From Podarcis muralis (lineage: Eukaryota), in NCBI RefSeq assembly GCF_964188315.1, contig NC_135664.1, forward strand, positions 38,626,001 to 38,690,000: a stretch of 64,000 nt of DNA, read 5' to 3'. Below are positions 52,113-64,000 of the stretch, piece by piece. Made by a program: the position numbers and the translations under genes. The notes under the pieces were generated by a model. The model was not told the DNA's origin. It searched no databases and saw only the letters and a program-made list of their open reading frames with translations. Position 1 is the first letter of the stretch. The number at the start of each line of letters is the position of its first letter.

Positions 52113-54885
52113 TCAGAAACAAGTCCTACTGTTTTCCACAGAACACCCAAGTATGTGACTAAGAATGGAATGGGGACATTTAAGAATAATTAAAATCTTG
52201 GCCTGAAAGTCTTCCTGGAGGTAAAAAATAATAATAAATGAGTAATTACTGAGAGACCACATGATTAATTATAATTTAGTTTTTAGGATAACTGACTGAT
52301 GAAAGAAGTGAGCAATGGAACTGCTACATATTTTGCCATGATAAATCAAAATGGATTGTATCTGACCAAGTTTTCCTCGAAGTAGACTTACTAAAATGAA
52401 TGAACCAAAGTTAGCCATGACTATTAATTTCAATGGGCTTACTCTGACTAGAGCTATTGTATACAACCCAATGCACTAGCAAAATGCTCTGGAAAGCAAA
52501 GGGGTTTAGTGGATGGTGAGCTACAGAGTTTTGCCATGTACAGCAATGCAATATACTGTATGCCAGTATGGCCCCTCTCAGGCTGCCCAGTGTCGGGACT
52601 AGAGATGTGTAGGCTTTTTCTCTTGTGCAACAGAGTCCCTAACCATTCATTTATATGGGATAAAGTAAAGGTGCGTGCTCTTTGTGGCTAGAGCTAAGCA
52701 TGCTGTCCTCGCTTCCTCGCAGAGAGAGTAGTTTATTTTTATTTATTTGCCTTTCCCCCAACAATTGCCAAAGGCTGCATCACATTTCATTTGCCTCATA
52801 GAAATTAGGCAGTCAGTATGAGTCAAATGGCTCACCACAAAACTGTGCCAATTGAGACTGCATGCAAGGACATGCTTAACCTTTCAAAAATAAGTCATTG
52901 TAGTAGTCAGAGGGCCTGGGACTCTTCTGAGTATGCAGAAGCGGAAACCATTGGTTGCTTCAACAGTCTTGTAAGGACATCAGGATATTATGGGTTTTTT
53001 CTTTTCTTTTATATGCTTCCTGTGTTTTTATATTGGTTTTAGGTTATGGTTTTGTTTCTTTTGATATATTGTTTATTTTTCAGACTATACACTGCTTAGA
53101 GTTTTTAAGAATATGAAATGGTTGACAAATTCTTTTAAATACATGTAAATAAACAGGAGTATGGATGCAGAATAAGCTAAGCAAATCTATTTTATTTATG
53201 TATTTATTATTTCCATTTTTAGACAACTTACTATCTGAAGATCTTGAAGCGGTTTACAATAAATTGAAACACAGGTATGAGTACAATCAAAACCATAGCA
53301 AATGATTGACATAAAAGTGAAATGGCTACATATACTGTATCAATAAATAGAAACACAATGTTGTTCTAAATAAAGCCAGAAACCCCAATGGGCTCGTGCC
53401 CCACTCACCCTGCTCATCTCTTATCTCTCGCCCGAGAGCACCAAGTTTTATATCGGAGCAGGCTTTTACCCTCATTTGGTGTTATAAACCTACTTCCCTC
53501 TATGCACTCCCAACTACATAATCGTAACAGGCTTGGTGCTGCACAACCTCAGCTCCTGAGAAATCAGCACTGGTAGCAGAAAATAGCAGATTCTTTCCAG
53601 AACAGGTACCCCCTCCCCAAATTCTCCCCAGTCTAATGTAAGTCCTGGGATGGGCTTGCCTGTGATTAACTCAGCTCTTCTGAAATACTGATTTAGATTA
53701 AAGAATAGATACGTCACATGCAATGCAGTCATGACAGTTATCGTTGACTGTACAATTACCCCACTATCCTCTCAGCTATATCCAAAGGTGTATGAGGACT
53801 GGGATTCACTTATCACATATGCACAATTTGTAAGGTGCTCTATTAATATGAAGGGGGGTTTTAGTGCAAAATTTACAGTGCAATATCCAGCTTAATTTCT
53901 CTAGACAGATATATGCTAAAAACACTGCCCATAGGCTGAGTGCAGTGAGCACTTGTTACACTGCTGGTTTTCATTCCAGTAATGGCTCTCGATCTGCAAG
54001 TCTACACTGTTAGTACATCCATTCCTCTTCTTTACTTGTCACAAAAAGTTTGTTTACACCATGCATCCTCTACCCTTAAGGTAACACTGCTGGGGGTTTT
54101 CTTTGGTAATTCATACCTGGAGCTCAAATCCAGCCACCTGTCTGACACGATGAAATTCATTCTTATGTATGCAAAGGCACTGTAAGGTTACTGGCAATCA
54201 TTCCAAATATCTTATTGCAAAGAAGGCAAAATGCCAACAGATAAGTTGAGTGCAGTGTCACTCCTAGATTGCAGCCTAAACTGCAGCTAAGAAGAGCCTT
54301 GGATTTATTTTCTACAAAAGTGCAGGTGCTGCTGCTGCTGCTTTTATGATCCTCCTTTCAGCCTAAGGTCCCAGGACACATAATTGCAAGAGTAGTTTTA
54401 AAAAAATGGGACAAAAACATATTTTACACAAATAAGTAGGAAGCCTCGGAATTACAATTATAGATTTAATTATAGTCTACACAGACTCTACTAAGGAAAA
54501 CCAACAACCATTATGCATGTTCTTGCTTGAGGGGGGAAAACAACAAGAAAACTATACATCATATTTCCTCAAACATAGGGCTGGACAGAAAATAGATTGT
54601 GGTCCATTAAGCAGTTTCTTGATGGACAAGACAAGAATGATGGACAAGGTGGATCTTCATCTGACCTAGCGCCACACAGTCACACCATAACCTAATGTAT
54701 TGGCTTCCGATCTATAGATCTTTCCAGCAGATGTTTGGGCATTTAGTGTGGTTTCTTTCTTTGCTTTTTCTAAATGAAGTCCTTTATTTATATCTTTTTT
54801 TAAAACAACAACAACCCAGCTTATATAAATGTTAATCAGATTTTATTTTTGTTACTCATAAATTTAAGGCAGTCAGATGGGTGGG

Positions 54886-54886
<1 letters not shown>

Positions 54887-54931
<45 letters not shown>
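54887..54931. repeat. (AAT)n microsatellite
   Basis: Directly visible. Confidence 0.95.
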
Positions 54932-54933
<2 letters not shown>

Positions 54934-55845
54934 GATTTCCCTATTTTCATCAGGGAAAGGTTGCTGGGAATGCTATATGACAATGGCTCTATATACATCT
55001 TCACCATTTGGTGGCATCTCACCATAAAGAAAGTTAGGTAATATGTTTCCCTCACAAGATGATCTAAATTCATCTTCATAATGGGCTCCTGAGATCTGAA
55101 GCAATAAAATATCCTTTGAATTATTATTATTTTTCCCTGTAGCGAAGACAACAAAGAAGCTAGTATGCATAAATACACCTGTTCGGACTCCACTCTCATC
55201 TCCACCCCAATAAAATCTGGCTGCCTTCCAATCACCCTTGAATCAGTTAAATTATGTAGGAATGTCTTGTATCAAAGCTGAGGAAAAGAAAATGGATAGG
55301 CTCATGCCTAATTTATTTTGAAAGTGACCCAATGGCCCTTCCACCTGCTGGGAGGAAACTAACCAAACCAGTCTTTCCCTTGGAAACAGTCTACGAAAAT
55401 AAAGCCTTTAGGGACCTGTTACCATATACTATACTGGGGTCCAGGCCAGAGACCTTTCAAAAGCTATCTAGTTTATCCTTCCTTTCCGTTCCTGCTAGCA
55501 TGGTCCTTTCCTTCCTGAGGCAGCTTCATTTTTCTAGAGGAACGAATGGACCATCCCTACCAGAGGCAACTCATATTTTCTTATCTCTGTCAAAACACTG
55601 TCCCTCTGTTTCCTGTGAGTGTCAAATCTTTACATCACCCATGATCGAGAAGGGCATGTCAACAGGCTGGGGTAGCCAACATGGTTCCCTCCTGTTGTTG
55701 TCTGGCTCCAATTCCCATCAGACCCAGCCAGTATGGCCTGTGCTCTGGGATGGTGAAGTCCAGCATCATTTGCACCATGTTGGCTATGCCTGAGCTAGGA
55801 CCTCTGAACCTTCAAAATAATAGGCTCAGGTAAAATGATTGTGTG

Positions 55846-56061
55846 TAGGGTTGCCATATTTCAAACAGTGAAAATCCGGACAAAAACATTGTTGAGCTTT
55901 TTTTAGTTTTGCCCAAACTTGTTGACTATTTTCTATAAAAACGACACTACTGACATGGGTTGCCATCTGTCCAGATTTTCCAAGACATTTAGCCAATTTC
56001 TGCCTGGACACTACTGACAAATGCCATATTCTAGATATGTCCAGGAAATTCAGCAACCCTA
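55846..56061. mobile_element. hAT MITE with TAGGGTTGCCA-type termini
   Basis: tagggttgcc ... gcaacccta with perfect 8-bp TSD attgtgtg (55838-55845, 56062-56069). Confidence 0.85.
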
Positions 56062-56694
56062 ATTGTGTGCAGCTTCAAGCATTGGGCTTTTGGTGGAAGT
56101 TCTTCCTAAACATTTTGAGATCCATTGCCCCACATGTTCCAAAAGACTTCCTTTTGCTGAGCACGTTTTTAGTTCAGGCCCTAAATTAGGAATCCTGCAA
56201 ACTAAATCATTACCTACAATCATATGTAATTTCTTTTGCACTCAGTGAATCATTAAGTATGGGGAGACAGCTTATTTACATCTGCTTAACTATACAGCGT
56301 TTGGCAATTTGGATGAACCAATCATTACTTCAAGGATACCAGGCTAGGACCTGCTTAACTACAGCATGGCGCCCAACCCCTGCTTGATCCTTTACTCCCT
56401 CAAGGAAGGAGTTGCGTTTTCTCCTGCAAGCCTTCTGTCAGTCTTGCTTTTTCAGAAGGGAAGACAAAATATACCTCCCTTGGCCAGGAAGCTGTTTTCT
56501 ATCCATACAGGAAATCCTAGCACATAATTATCACAAACACAAGGAACAATAGGTGTGAGAAGTGCACCTACTTTGCCATCCAGAAACATAGAGATAAATA
56601 ATAATTAAGGATACATTTCTCTTTAGAATTATATCTTTTTGCAGTGTTATATCAATTTGCCATCATCTTGGGGGAAACTACTATTTTGGTTTAT

Positions 56695-57054
56695 GGTAAA
56701 GGTAAAGGTACCCCTGCCCGTACGGGCCAGTCTTGACAGACTCTAGGGTTGTGCGCCCATCTCACTCAAGAGGCCGGGGGCCAGTGCTGTCTGGAGACAC
56801 TTCCGGGTCACGTGGCCAGCGTGACATCGCTGCTCTGGCGAGCCAGAGCCGCACACGGAACACCGTTTACCTTCCCGCTAGTAAGCGGTCCCTATTTATC
56901 TACTTGCACCCGGGGGTGCTTTCGAACTGCTAGGTTGGCAAGCGCTGGGACCGAACAACGGGAGCGCACCCCGCCGCGGGGATTCGAACCGCCGACCTTT
57001 CGATCGGCAAGCCCTAGGCACTGAGGCTTTTACCCACAGCGCCACCCGCGTCCC
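56695..57054 (-). mobile_element. Sauria-type SINE, subfamily A, young copy
   Basis: Full length. Perfect 11-bp TSD ttggtttatgg at 56686-56696 and 57055-57065; CpGs retained. Confidence 0.95.
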
Positions 57055-57164
57055 TTGGTTTATGGAAGGCTGTCCAAAAAGGACAAGTCTCAGACTGGCT
57101 CAGAAGTGTCCACTGTCTTCCCTGAAACAAGCATAGTTCAAAAGTGGTCTAAGTGCAACTCAGA

Positions 57165-58067
57165 AGATGGAGGTTTTCAAAACAGAAGTTGATTGGTCAT
57201 CTGTCAGGAATTCTTTAGCTGTGATTCTTGCATTCATAGAATCATAGAATTGTGAAGTTGAAAGGGAGCCACAGGGTCATTTAGTTCACCCCACTGAACT
57301 GCAGGAATCTCAGCTGATAATACATGGCAGATGACAATCGAAACCCTGCTTAAAGACCTCCAAAGAAGGAGAGTCCACCATCTCTTGTAGCAGTGTGTTC
57401 CACTGTCAAACAGTTCTTACTGTCAGAAGGTTCTTTCTGATGTTTATTCAGAATATTCTGTCTTGTAACATACATCCATTGGTTCAAGTCTTACTCTCTG
57501 GAGCAGAAGAAAACAAGCTTGCTCCACCCTCCATGTGATAGCCCTTTAGATATTTGGAGATGGATATCATATCACCTCTTAGTCTCCTCTTTATAAGGCT
57601 AAACATACTCCATTCCATCAACTGCTGCTCATTAGACCTGGTTTCTAGACCCTTCATCATCTTGATTGCCCTCTTCTGCACACATTTCAGCTTGTCAATA
57701 TCCTTCTTAAATTGTGGCACCCAGAACTGGACACAGTACTCCAGGTGTGGTTTGACTAAGGCAGAATTGAGTAGGACTATTATGTCCATTGATCAAGATA
57801 CTTCTATTGATGCAGCCTAGAATAGCATTAGCTTTTTTTGCTGCTCCATCACATTGTTGACTCCCCATTGACAATGTTGGCTTGTGGTCTACTAACATCC
57901 CTAGATCCTTGTCATATGTACTATCGGCAATCCAAGTGTTCCTCATTTTATATTTGTGGTGCTGATTCTTCCTACCTAAGTGTAGAACCTTACCTTTGTC
58001 TCTGCAAGGCATCTAACTAGGAGACCCTTGGGGTCCCTTCCAATTCTATAGTTCTGTGATTCCATGA
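57165..58067 (+). mobile_element. Host CR1 3' end (57165-57234 and about 58003-58067) split by the antisense CR1
   Basis: Left part ggaggttttcaaaacagaagttgattggtcatctgtcagg...gattcttgcatt joins right part tgcaagg...ctaggagacccttggggtcccttccaattctatagttctgtgattccatga. Confidence 0.75.
57235..58000 (-). mobile_element. CR1 LINE 3' fragment (ORF2 C-terminus and tail)
   Basis: Translations KGKVLHLGRKN...KDLGMLVD...QQCDGAAKKANAILGCINRSI and SALVKPHLEYCVQFWVPQFKKDIDKLKCVQKRA...RRLRGDMI are hallmark CR1 ORF2. Frameshifted; (ATTCTATG)n tail at 57235-57250. Confidence 0.95.
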
Positions 58068-59404
58068 AAGTGACTTTCATTTCAACAGATACTATACATT
58101 TAGTAAAAACTATTGAAAGCAGTGACACTCACTCACAAGCAAATGAATGCAACATTCATTTTGGTGACCTGTTTGCACAGTCTAGTCTTAAAATGAAATC
58201 AGACCTTAAATGATATTTACATTCCTAATTCATAAGGATGCTTCAAGAACTGATGTTTTCAGAACATGTGATTACAGAGTTTGCAGATTATGTTTGAAGA
58301 TTAGGTTTGTGAAATACATTTATGTATTTATCTTATTATTCTGTATATGCCCAAGGAACTTTTTGTCCCTATGATTATTGCCCTGTGAGTAAATAACCAG
58401 CTTCTAAATGCACTTATCCTCACAACACCTAAGTGAAGCAACGAACTTCTGCCTTTCAACCACCATCCCATCTTTAAAAAAACTAAAAAAAACTAGGTCA
58501 GATTTGCACAGAAGTTTCATGTGCTACTTTTGAAAATGCAGGAAGCTGTGTTGCAGACATACTCCAATTTTTATTTATACTAATAGCAAATTTTCCTTCT
58601 AACATTACGCTTTCCCATAAACAATTTGCCCAACTCTTCTGTAGAGTTTCTCTTAGAAGGTGGTATCAACTGCTATGAAGGTACTTCTCTAGGGATAAAA
58701 ATGCATGAATCACAAAGTGGTTCAAAGTCACAGCTCAGAGTACCTACAGCAGTAGAAGTTACACTATTCAGTCCTGGTTTTACCCTAACACTCACAGAAA
58801 GCTCTTTCAACCTGACAATGTTGGTTCCACCCCCCATTCAATGCAATATTGGAAGCAGAGTCGCATTCACTGTGAACTGTAAGGATTTTGCTATCCCTGA
58901 CCTGAATGTACCAACACATAATTGACTTTCTTCCAGGTTAAGCACAGGTCTCCAGTAGGTGTTTCAGACAACTGCATTGATGATGTATGTATGGAAATTA
59001 AGTAGGATGGAAATTACGTAGGTTATCAGAGGTGAGCATTCATCTCTGCACATTGCATAGAAGCAAGGGAAGAAAAAGCACAAGTTCATTCCCTGCATTG
59101 CTATTATTATTATTATTTTCCTGCATTGCTATTGTTGATTAATTTATATACTGCTCAGTACCGGAACTTGTTTCTTCTAAGTGGTTTACAAAATATAAAT
59201 ATTAAAAACCAAGCACATAAATTGAATTTAAAATGGTTAAAATATACAATAAAGCTGTATGATTTTTTTTAAAAGTAAAAACAGAATATCTAGTTCAAGG
59301 GAACAGGAATATGCTTACACAGCTGCAAGCGCCTGCAGGATGCAAACACAGACTGGGTCTCTCAAATTTCAACAGAGAGGGCATTCAATAAATCTGGTAC
59401 AATA

Positions 59405-59630
59405 CAGTGGTACCTCTGGTTATGTACTTAATTCGTTCTGGAGGTCCATTCTTAACCTGTAACTGTTCTTAAGCTAAAGCACCACTTCAGCTAATGGGGC
59501 CTCCCGCTGCTGCCGTGCTGCTGCCATGTGATTTCTGTTCTCATCCTGAAGCAAAGTTCTTAACCTGAGGTACTATTTCTGGGTTAGTGGAATCTGTAAC
59601 CTGAAGTGTATGTAACCCGAGGTACCACTG
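59405..59630. mobile_element. mariner/pogo-type MITE (226-bp family)
   Basis: TA|cagtggtacctc...gaggtaccactg|TA; same body as 19352 and 50866. Confidence 0.9.
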
Positions 59631-59716
59631 TAAGTGGAAAAGGCCACCTTCACATTGCCAGTTGGGCCATGGCAACATTAGCAGGGTTCCATTTGTTGAC
59701 TTCAGTGCCTTTACAG

Positions 59717-60081
59717 GGTAAAAAGGTAAAGGTAAAGGACCCTGACATTTAAGTCCAGTTGTGAATGACTCTGGGGTTGTGGTGCTCATCTCGCTTTACT
59801 GGCTGAGGGAGCTGACGTTTGTCCGCAGTTTTTCTGGGTCACGTGCCCAGCATGACTAAGCCACTTCTGGCAAAACCAGAGCACTGCACGGAAACGCCGT
59901 TTACCTTCCCGCTGGAGCAGTACCTATTTATCTACTTGCACCTTGACGTGCTTTTGAACTGCTAGGTTGGCAGGAGCTGGGACCGAGCAATGGGAGCTCA
60001 CCCCATTGTGGGGATTTGAACTGCCAACCTTCTGATCGGCAAGCCCTAGGCTCAGCGGTTTAGACCACAGCGCCACCCGCG
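59717..60081 (-). mobile_element. Sauria-type SINE, subfamily B
   Basis: Tail ggtaaaggtaaagg, body and tRNA-related head ending cagcgccacccgcg; no clear TSD. Confidence 0.9.
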
Positions 60082-60099
60082 TAGAGGAGAAATCAGCAG

Positions 60100-60270
60100 T
60101 CCAGAGTATTTTAGCAGTTTATATGTAACTCTCAAGACCTTAAAGCTGGCTCAGTAGCTAATAGGCAGCAAGAGCAGATCCATCAGTACAGGTGTGATGT
60201 GTGCCCAATAAAAGACACCACTCAGCACCCAGGCTGTGGGCATTCTGCAGCAGTGGCACCTCTGGATCAT
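60100..60270 (-). mobile_element. L2 LINE ORF2 remnant, opposite orientation
   Basis: Minus translation includes AHITPVLMDLLLLPISY, matching the L2 HITPVL..LHWLP motif. Confidence 0.7.
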
Positions 60271-60464
60271 CCATAAGAGAAGCCCGATATATGATGCACT
60301 ATAGAGAATCTCAGAAATATTTCCCCTGTGGGTGAGATTGTGTCCCTGAACCAAGAGTCTGGAAGAAATGAACAACAAAAGTACCAAAACAGTAGCCTGA
60401 GGATGTTCCTAGAGTCATCAATGTCACTGGTGGCTCAAGTGGCTGCAGTAATGAGGAGCATCTC

Positions 60465-60830
60465 TTACCAGTTTTGGCTGGTACATCAGCTTTGGCTGTG
60501 TCTGGACAGGGACAGTTTAGCCACAGTGACTTGTGTCTTGCTAACCTAATGCCTTGATTACTGTGATGTGCTCTATGTGGACCCACCCCTAGCTGCAGTC
60601 TGGAAGCTGAAGCTAGCGTAGAATGCAACAGTTAAGCTAATGAGCCAGGGACATGTAACACCCTTGTTAAAAGACCTGTACTGTGTCAATTAGCTAACAG
60701 GACAGGTTCCAGGTTCTAATATTAATTGACAATTTCTTAACTAGCTAGGGACCAGCTTATCTGAGAAAATGCCTTCCATATAAAACTGTCTGCTTCCTGC
60801 AGTCATTTTCAGTCATCTCCCACAACCTGC
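60465..60830 (+). mobile_element. L2 LINE ORF2 C-terminal remnant
   Basis: Translates HQLWLCLDRDSLATVTCVLLT*CLDYCDVLYVDPPLAAVWKLKLA*NATVKL, matching the L2 pattern RQLRPYL..LAT..HALV.SRLDYCN.LY.GLP...KLQLVQNAAA. Confidence 0.8.
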
Positions 60831-62079
60831 AAATGTTCATGGGCAACAACTCACAACAGAGTCTTCCCTGTCATGACACTTTTTTGGAGGGGAATAAGCA
60901 TCTCCCAAACATAAAGCAAACATTAACCCGGCTACACTTTTGATGAACGTTGAAAACCATCCTGTTCATTTTGGTGTGTGCTGGTGTGTGCTGGCAGGCA
61001 TTATGGTTTTTAAAATGATTTTTCTGATTATGTTGGACACCTTTTTTGGGATTTTTAAGTATATTGTATATTTGTTTTGCTACATGCCACTTTGAAATGG
61101 TGCTCTTGCTGTGAGAATCACAGGCAGCACACACATATTTTAAAATAAATAACCATCAACAACAATATCTCCTACTCCTCACTGTATGAAGTGACCTCTA
61201 TTGAAAATTTCCAGTGAAGCAATCCTGCTAGCCATCTGAAACTGTGTTGACCTCTAGTCCCTCTTCACAACTGCCATTGAACATTCATTTCTAAATAAGT
61301 GTCTGAGAAGTTTAGAAGTGCTATCTGTTCTTTCTACAGGATTCATAAAGTATACTGTACTTCCCCTACAAGAAAACTGTGGTTTCTTAACTCAAGTGAT
61401 TATTTCTGAGTAAGTGTTTTATTAGCTTCTATCCAAGCCAGCTCTTTCTCTTTCTCCAGATTATTCAGTCTTATGCTCGAGTCCATTAGTCATGTAATTT
61501 AGCCTGCCGGAATGAAATTGTTGCCTGCCTTTCTAAAGTGGTAGATAATTAACTGTTGCAGGGGAAGGTATTTGTGCTTTGCCATTGAAAGAAAACTCTT
61601 CCTGGGTAAATGAGTAAGAATCCAGATATTGCTAGAATTTTTTTTTGCTAACTAGCAGTCTGATCCTGTGCGTGCTTTAGTTAAACACCAGTGTAGGCTT
61701 GTCCATTAGGACTGATGGGGCACTGCCCTACCAACCTCAGTCTGCCCTCATTTAGTTCTCACCTGCCTGTCTTCTAACTTACAACTAGTTCAGGGGTTCC
61801 CTATTGCCAGCTTCCTCCTCCTCAGTTTCAGTGTTGCCCTTTGCAGAACTCAGTAGGGAGGAGGATGGGGACAAAACTCAAATTGGTTGGCTCTGCCCAT
61901 CATTGGCTCAGGCCCCACCTACTGTTAGCATTTCTGCCTTCTGCACCATCAGTCCTAATGTTTACCAGCCACTACTGTTAAATTCATGGGGCATTGCATT
62001 CAAGAGTATTCTCAAGAAGTGGCAGCCAATGAAATGGAAAACCGAGCATGGTTTCATGAGCCATCATGCGTTCAGGACT

Positions 62080-62550
62080 CCATTTGGGAAAGAACACATG
62101 TTTTGCATGCAAAAGGTCCCAGGATCAAACTTTGGAACTCCCTGCCTATGGATATCAGGCAGGAATCTTTATTGTATGCTTTTTGGTGCCTGCTAAAACA
62201 TTCTTGTGTAGACAAGTCTACTCAGATGTTTAGGAAGTTGATGCAAGTTTTAATCTGCTTTTCGTCTATTGCTGTTTTAATTTTTTGGAAGTTTTACCTT
62301 TTTGTTGTTAATTCTTCTTATTTCTAATGTAATTGTTTCATTTTTTTGTAAACCACTTTAAGCGGGGGTTGTTTTTTTAACCAAATCAAGCGGTATAGAA
62401 ATTTTTGTGAAATAAATAAACAGAATCCCTGTAAGGATGGTAGAAAAAGACTTCTGTATGAAACCCCAGACAGCCACTGCCAGTCAGTGGAGACAGTATT
62501 GAGTTTGATAGACCAATGGTCTGACTTGATTTAAGAAAGATTCCTATGTC
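62080..62550 (+). mobile_element. tRNA-derived SINE split by an L2 3' end (about 62126-62420)
   Basis: Head tttgcatgcaaaaggtcccaggatcaa, then L2-type tttggaactccctgcc...tcaagcggtatagaaattt...aaataaataaa, then the SINE body ccactgccagtcagtggagacagtattgag...cctatgtc resumes. Confidence 0.7.
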
Positions 62551-64000
62551 CCTGTGTGTTTTGACATGCATGCAGAAAGAGGGGAGTGGAATTGTACCTG
62601 CTGGCTCAACCACATCTGGCATAACCCATGTGTGCAAGGGCCTGTGAATCCACAATATGTAGGTTTGACAGGGATCACTGAAAGAGAATGTCTCAGATTT
62701 GCAAACAGAGAGTATGTGTGTACACTCTGCATTCCTCTGAAGAATCTTTATAATGGCTACAACTTTGGAACTCAGAGTCAGTTTCCCCACCTCTGCTTCA
62801 CTGCATTGCTTGCCATTTGGCAGGGACAATGACGCCTGTCTGCCTTCTTTAATTAAAGGTTACTAGGAAAATGCAGAATTAATATGTGATGGCAAGCCTA
62901 TGGTCCTGTTAGTATGCTATTTGGGTGACTTCCGAGCAAGCACGTACTGGATGAGATTGCTCACTGGCAAGCATTTCTTAGCAATCTCTGGGTACTTACT
63001 GATTTAAGCGTCAGAAAGAGTTTTCTCTCAGTGGCAAAGAAAGCACCAGTATTTGTGCCTTAAGTGTTAATGATCGACTGCTTTCGGAAAGCAGGCAACA
63101 GTTTCTTTCTAGTGGAGTAGATTGCATGACTAATGGTATTATATGTAATACTACCTAAGCCAGAGAAAGAGGAAAATTGGGTTAAAGAACATACATTGAT
63201 AAATACTCATATAGGGCTGAGAGCATGTGGAGACAGAAGTTATGCTGAATGCATGCTGTGAGTAAGGAAAATGGACCCAATCCTGCAGCCCTTCCATGTA
63301 TTCATGTTAATGCAAGAAGAGTTTTATGGTACCTTAAAGATTAGTAGAACTATTGTGGCATGAGCTTTAATGGACTAGAGCCCACCTCATCAGATGCATG
63401 GAAGTTTATCACCAGTTGCCCAGCATTTGTCGATCTTTCTATGCACAAATTTGGAACATATATTTTGGGCTTCTGTTAAGTGGAGCTGTTTCACAAGTTT
63501 GTGTGGATAAGAATCACAGTCACAAAACATTCAGTACTACTTTTATATCAGAATGATGAATAACAATAACATCATATCTATTGTGAATTTAAGAAAGAGA
63601 TGGCTGTAATAAAGCTGTGTTGGTTTTCCCCTTAAAAAGAAACGGTGAGCTTGTGGGCCTACAGATATTGTTGGATATCAGCCCCAAACAACCTGATAGG
63701 AGTTGATTGGCAACATATGGAGGGCTTCAGGTACCCCAGACTTGTCCTAGGATAGCTGGCATAACAGCTTGTTGCAAAGATAGCCTAACCTGTAAAAGGC
63801 ACTATTCCCCCCGCCCTTTCTCTTCTGTGACTGCACATGTGTGCAATGAGAGAAAATGAAGTCTAGTTAGAGAAACCTTCTCCAACCTGATGTCCTTTAG
63901 ATGTTACTGGGAAACAACACTCCTCAACCTCAGTCAGCATGGACAATGGTCAAGTGGGGAAGTCTGGGTTCGAGTGATAGACTAGGACCAACGAGGCTTG

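Noticed and set aside
58626-58925. 99-aa plus-strand ORF
   Set aside because: TTG start, no recognisable domain or splice context; consistent with chance.

Overview
Vertebrate genomic DNA, most likely a squamate reptile and probably a lacertid lizard; this is inferred from the Sauria-type SINEs and squamate-type CR1/L2/MITE families, not from a database match. One protein-coding gene is supported: the large terminal coding exon of RASSF9 on the minus strand (36037-37303). Everything from 37304 to the window end is probably its long first intron; the short first coding exon was not found in the window. The rest is AT-rich non-coding DNA densely populated by mobile elements: six Sauria-type SINEs in two subfamilies, tRNA-Lys/CR1-tail, tRNA-derived and 5S-derived SINEs, CR1, L2 and L1-like fragments, hAT, Harbinger-like and mariner/pogo-type MITEs, solo-LTR-like elements, microsatellites, and a 173-N assembly gap. 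Four things stand out: (1) a 1.1-kb GC-rich TA-flanked non-autonomous transposon built almost entirely of tandem palindromes (30453-31553); (2) solo-LTR-like elements whose 5' ends carry a frame-conserved acidic reading frame; (3) a 200-bp near-perfect foldback at 8967-9166; (4) an RFX/GC-box motif cluster 2.5 kb inside the RASSF9 intron. I see no strong evidence for a new protein-coding system. Repeat family names come from pattern recognition and need RepeatMasker/Dfam confirmation, and the boundaries of old elements are approximate.
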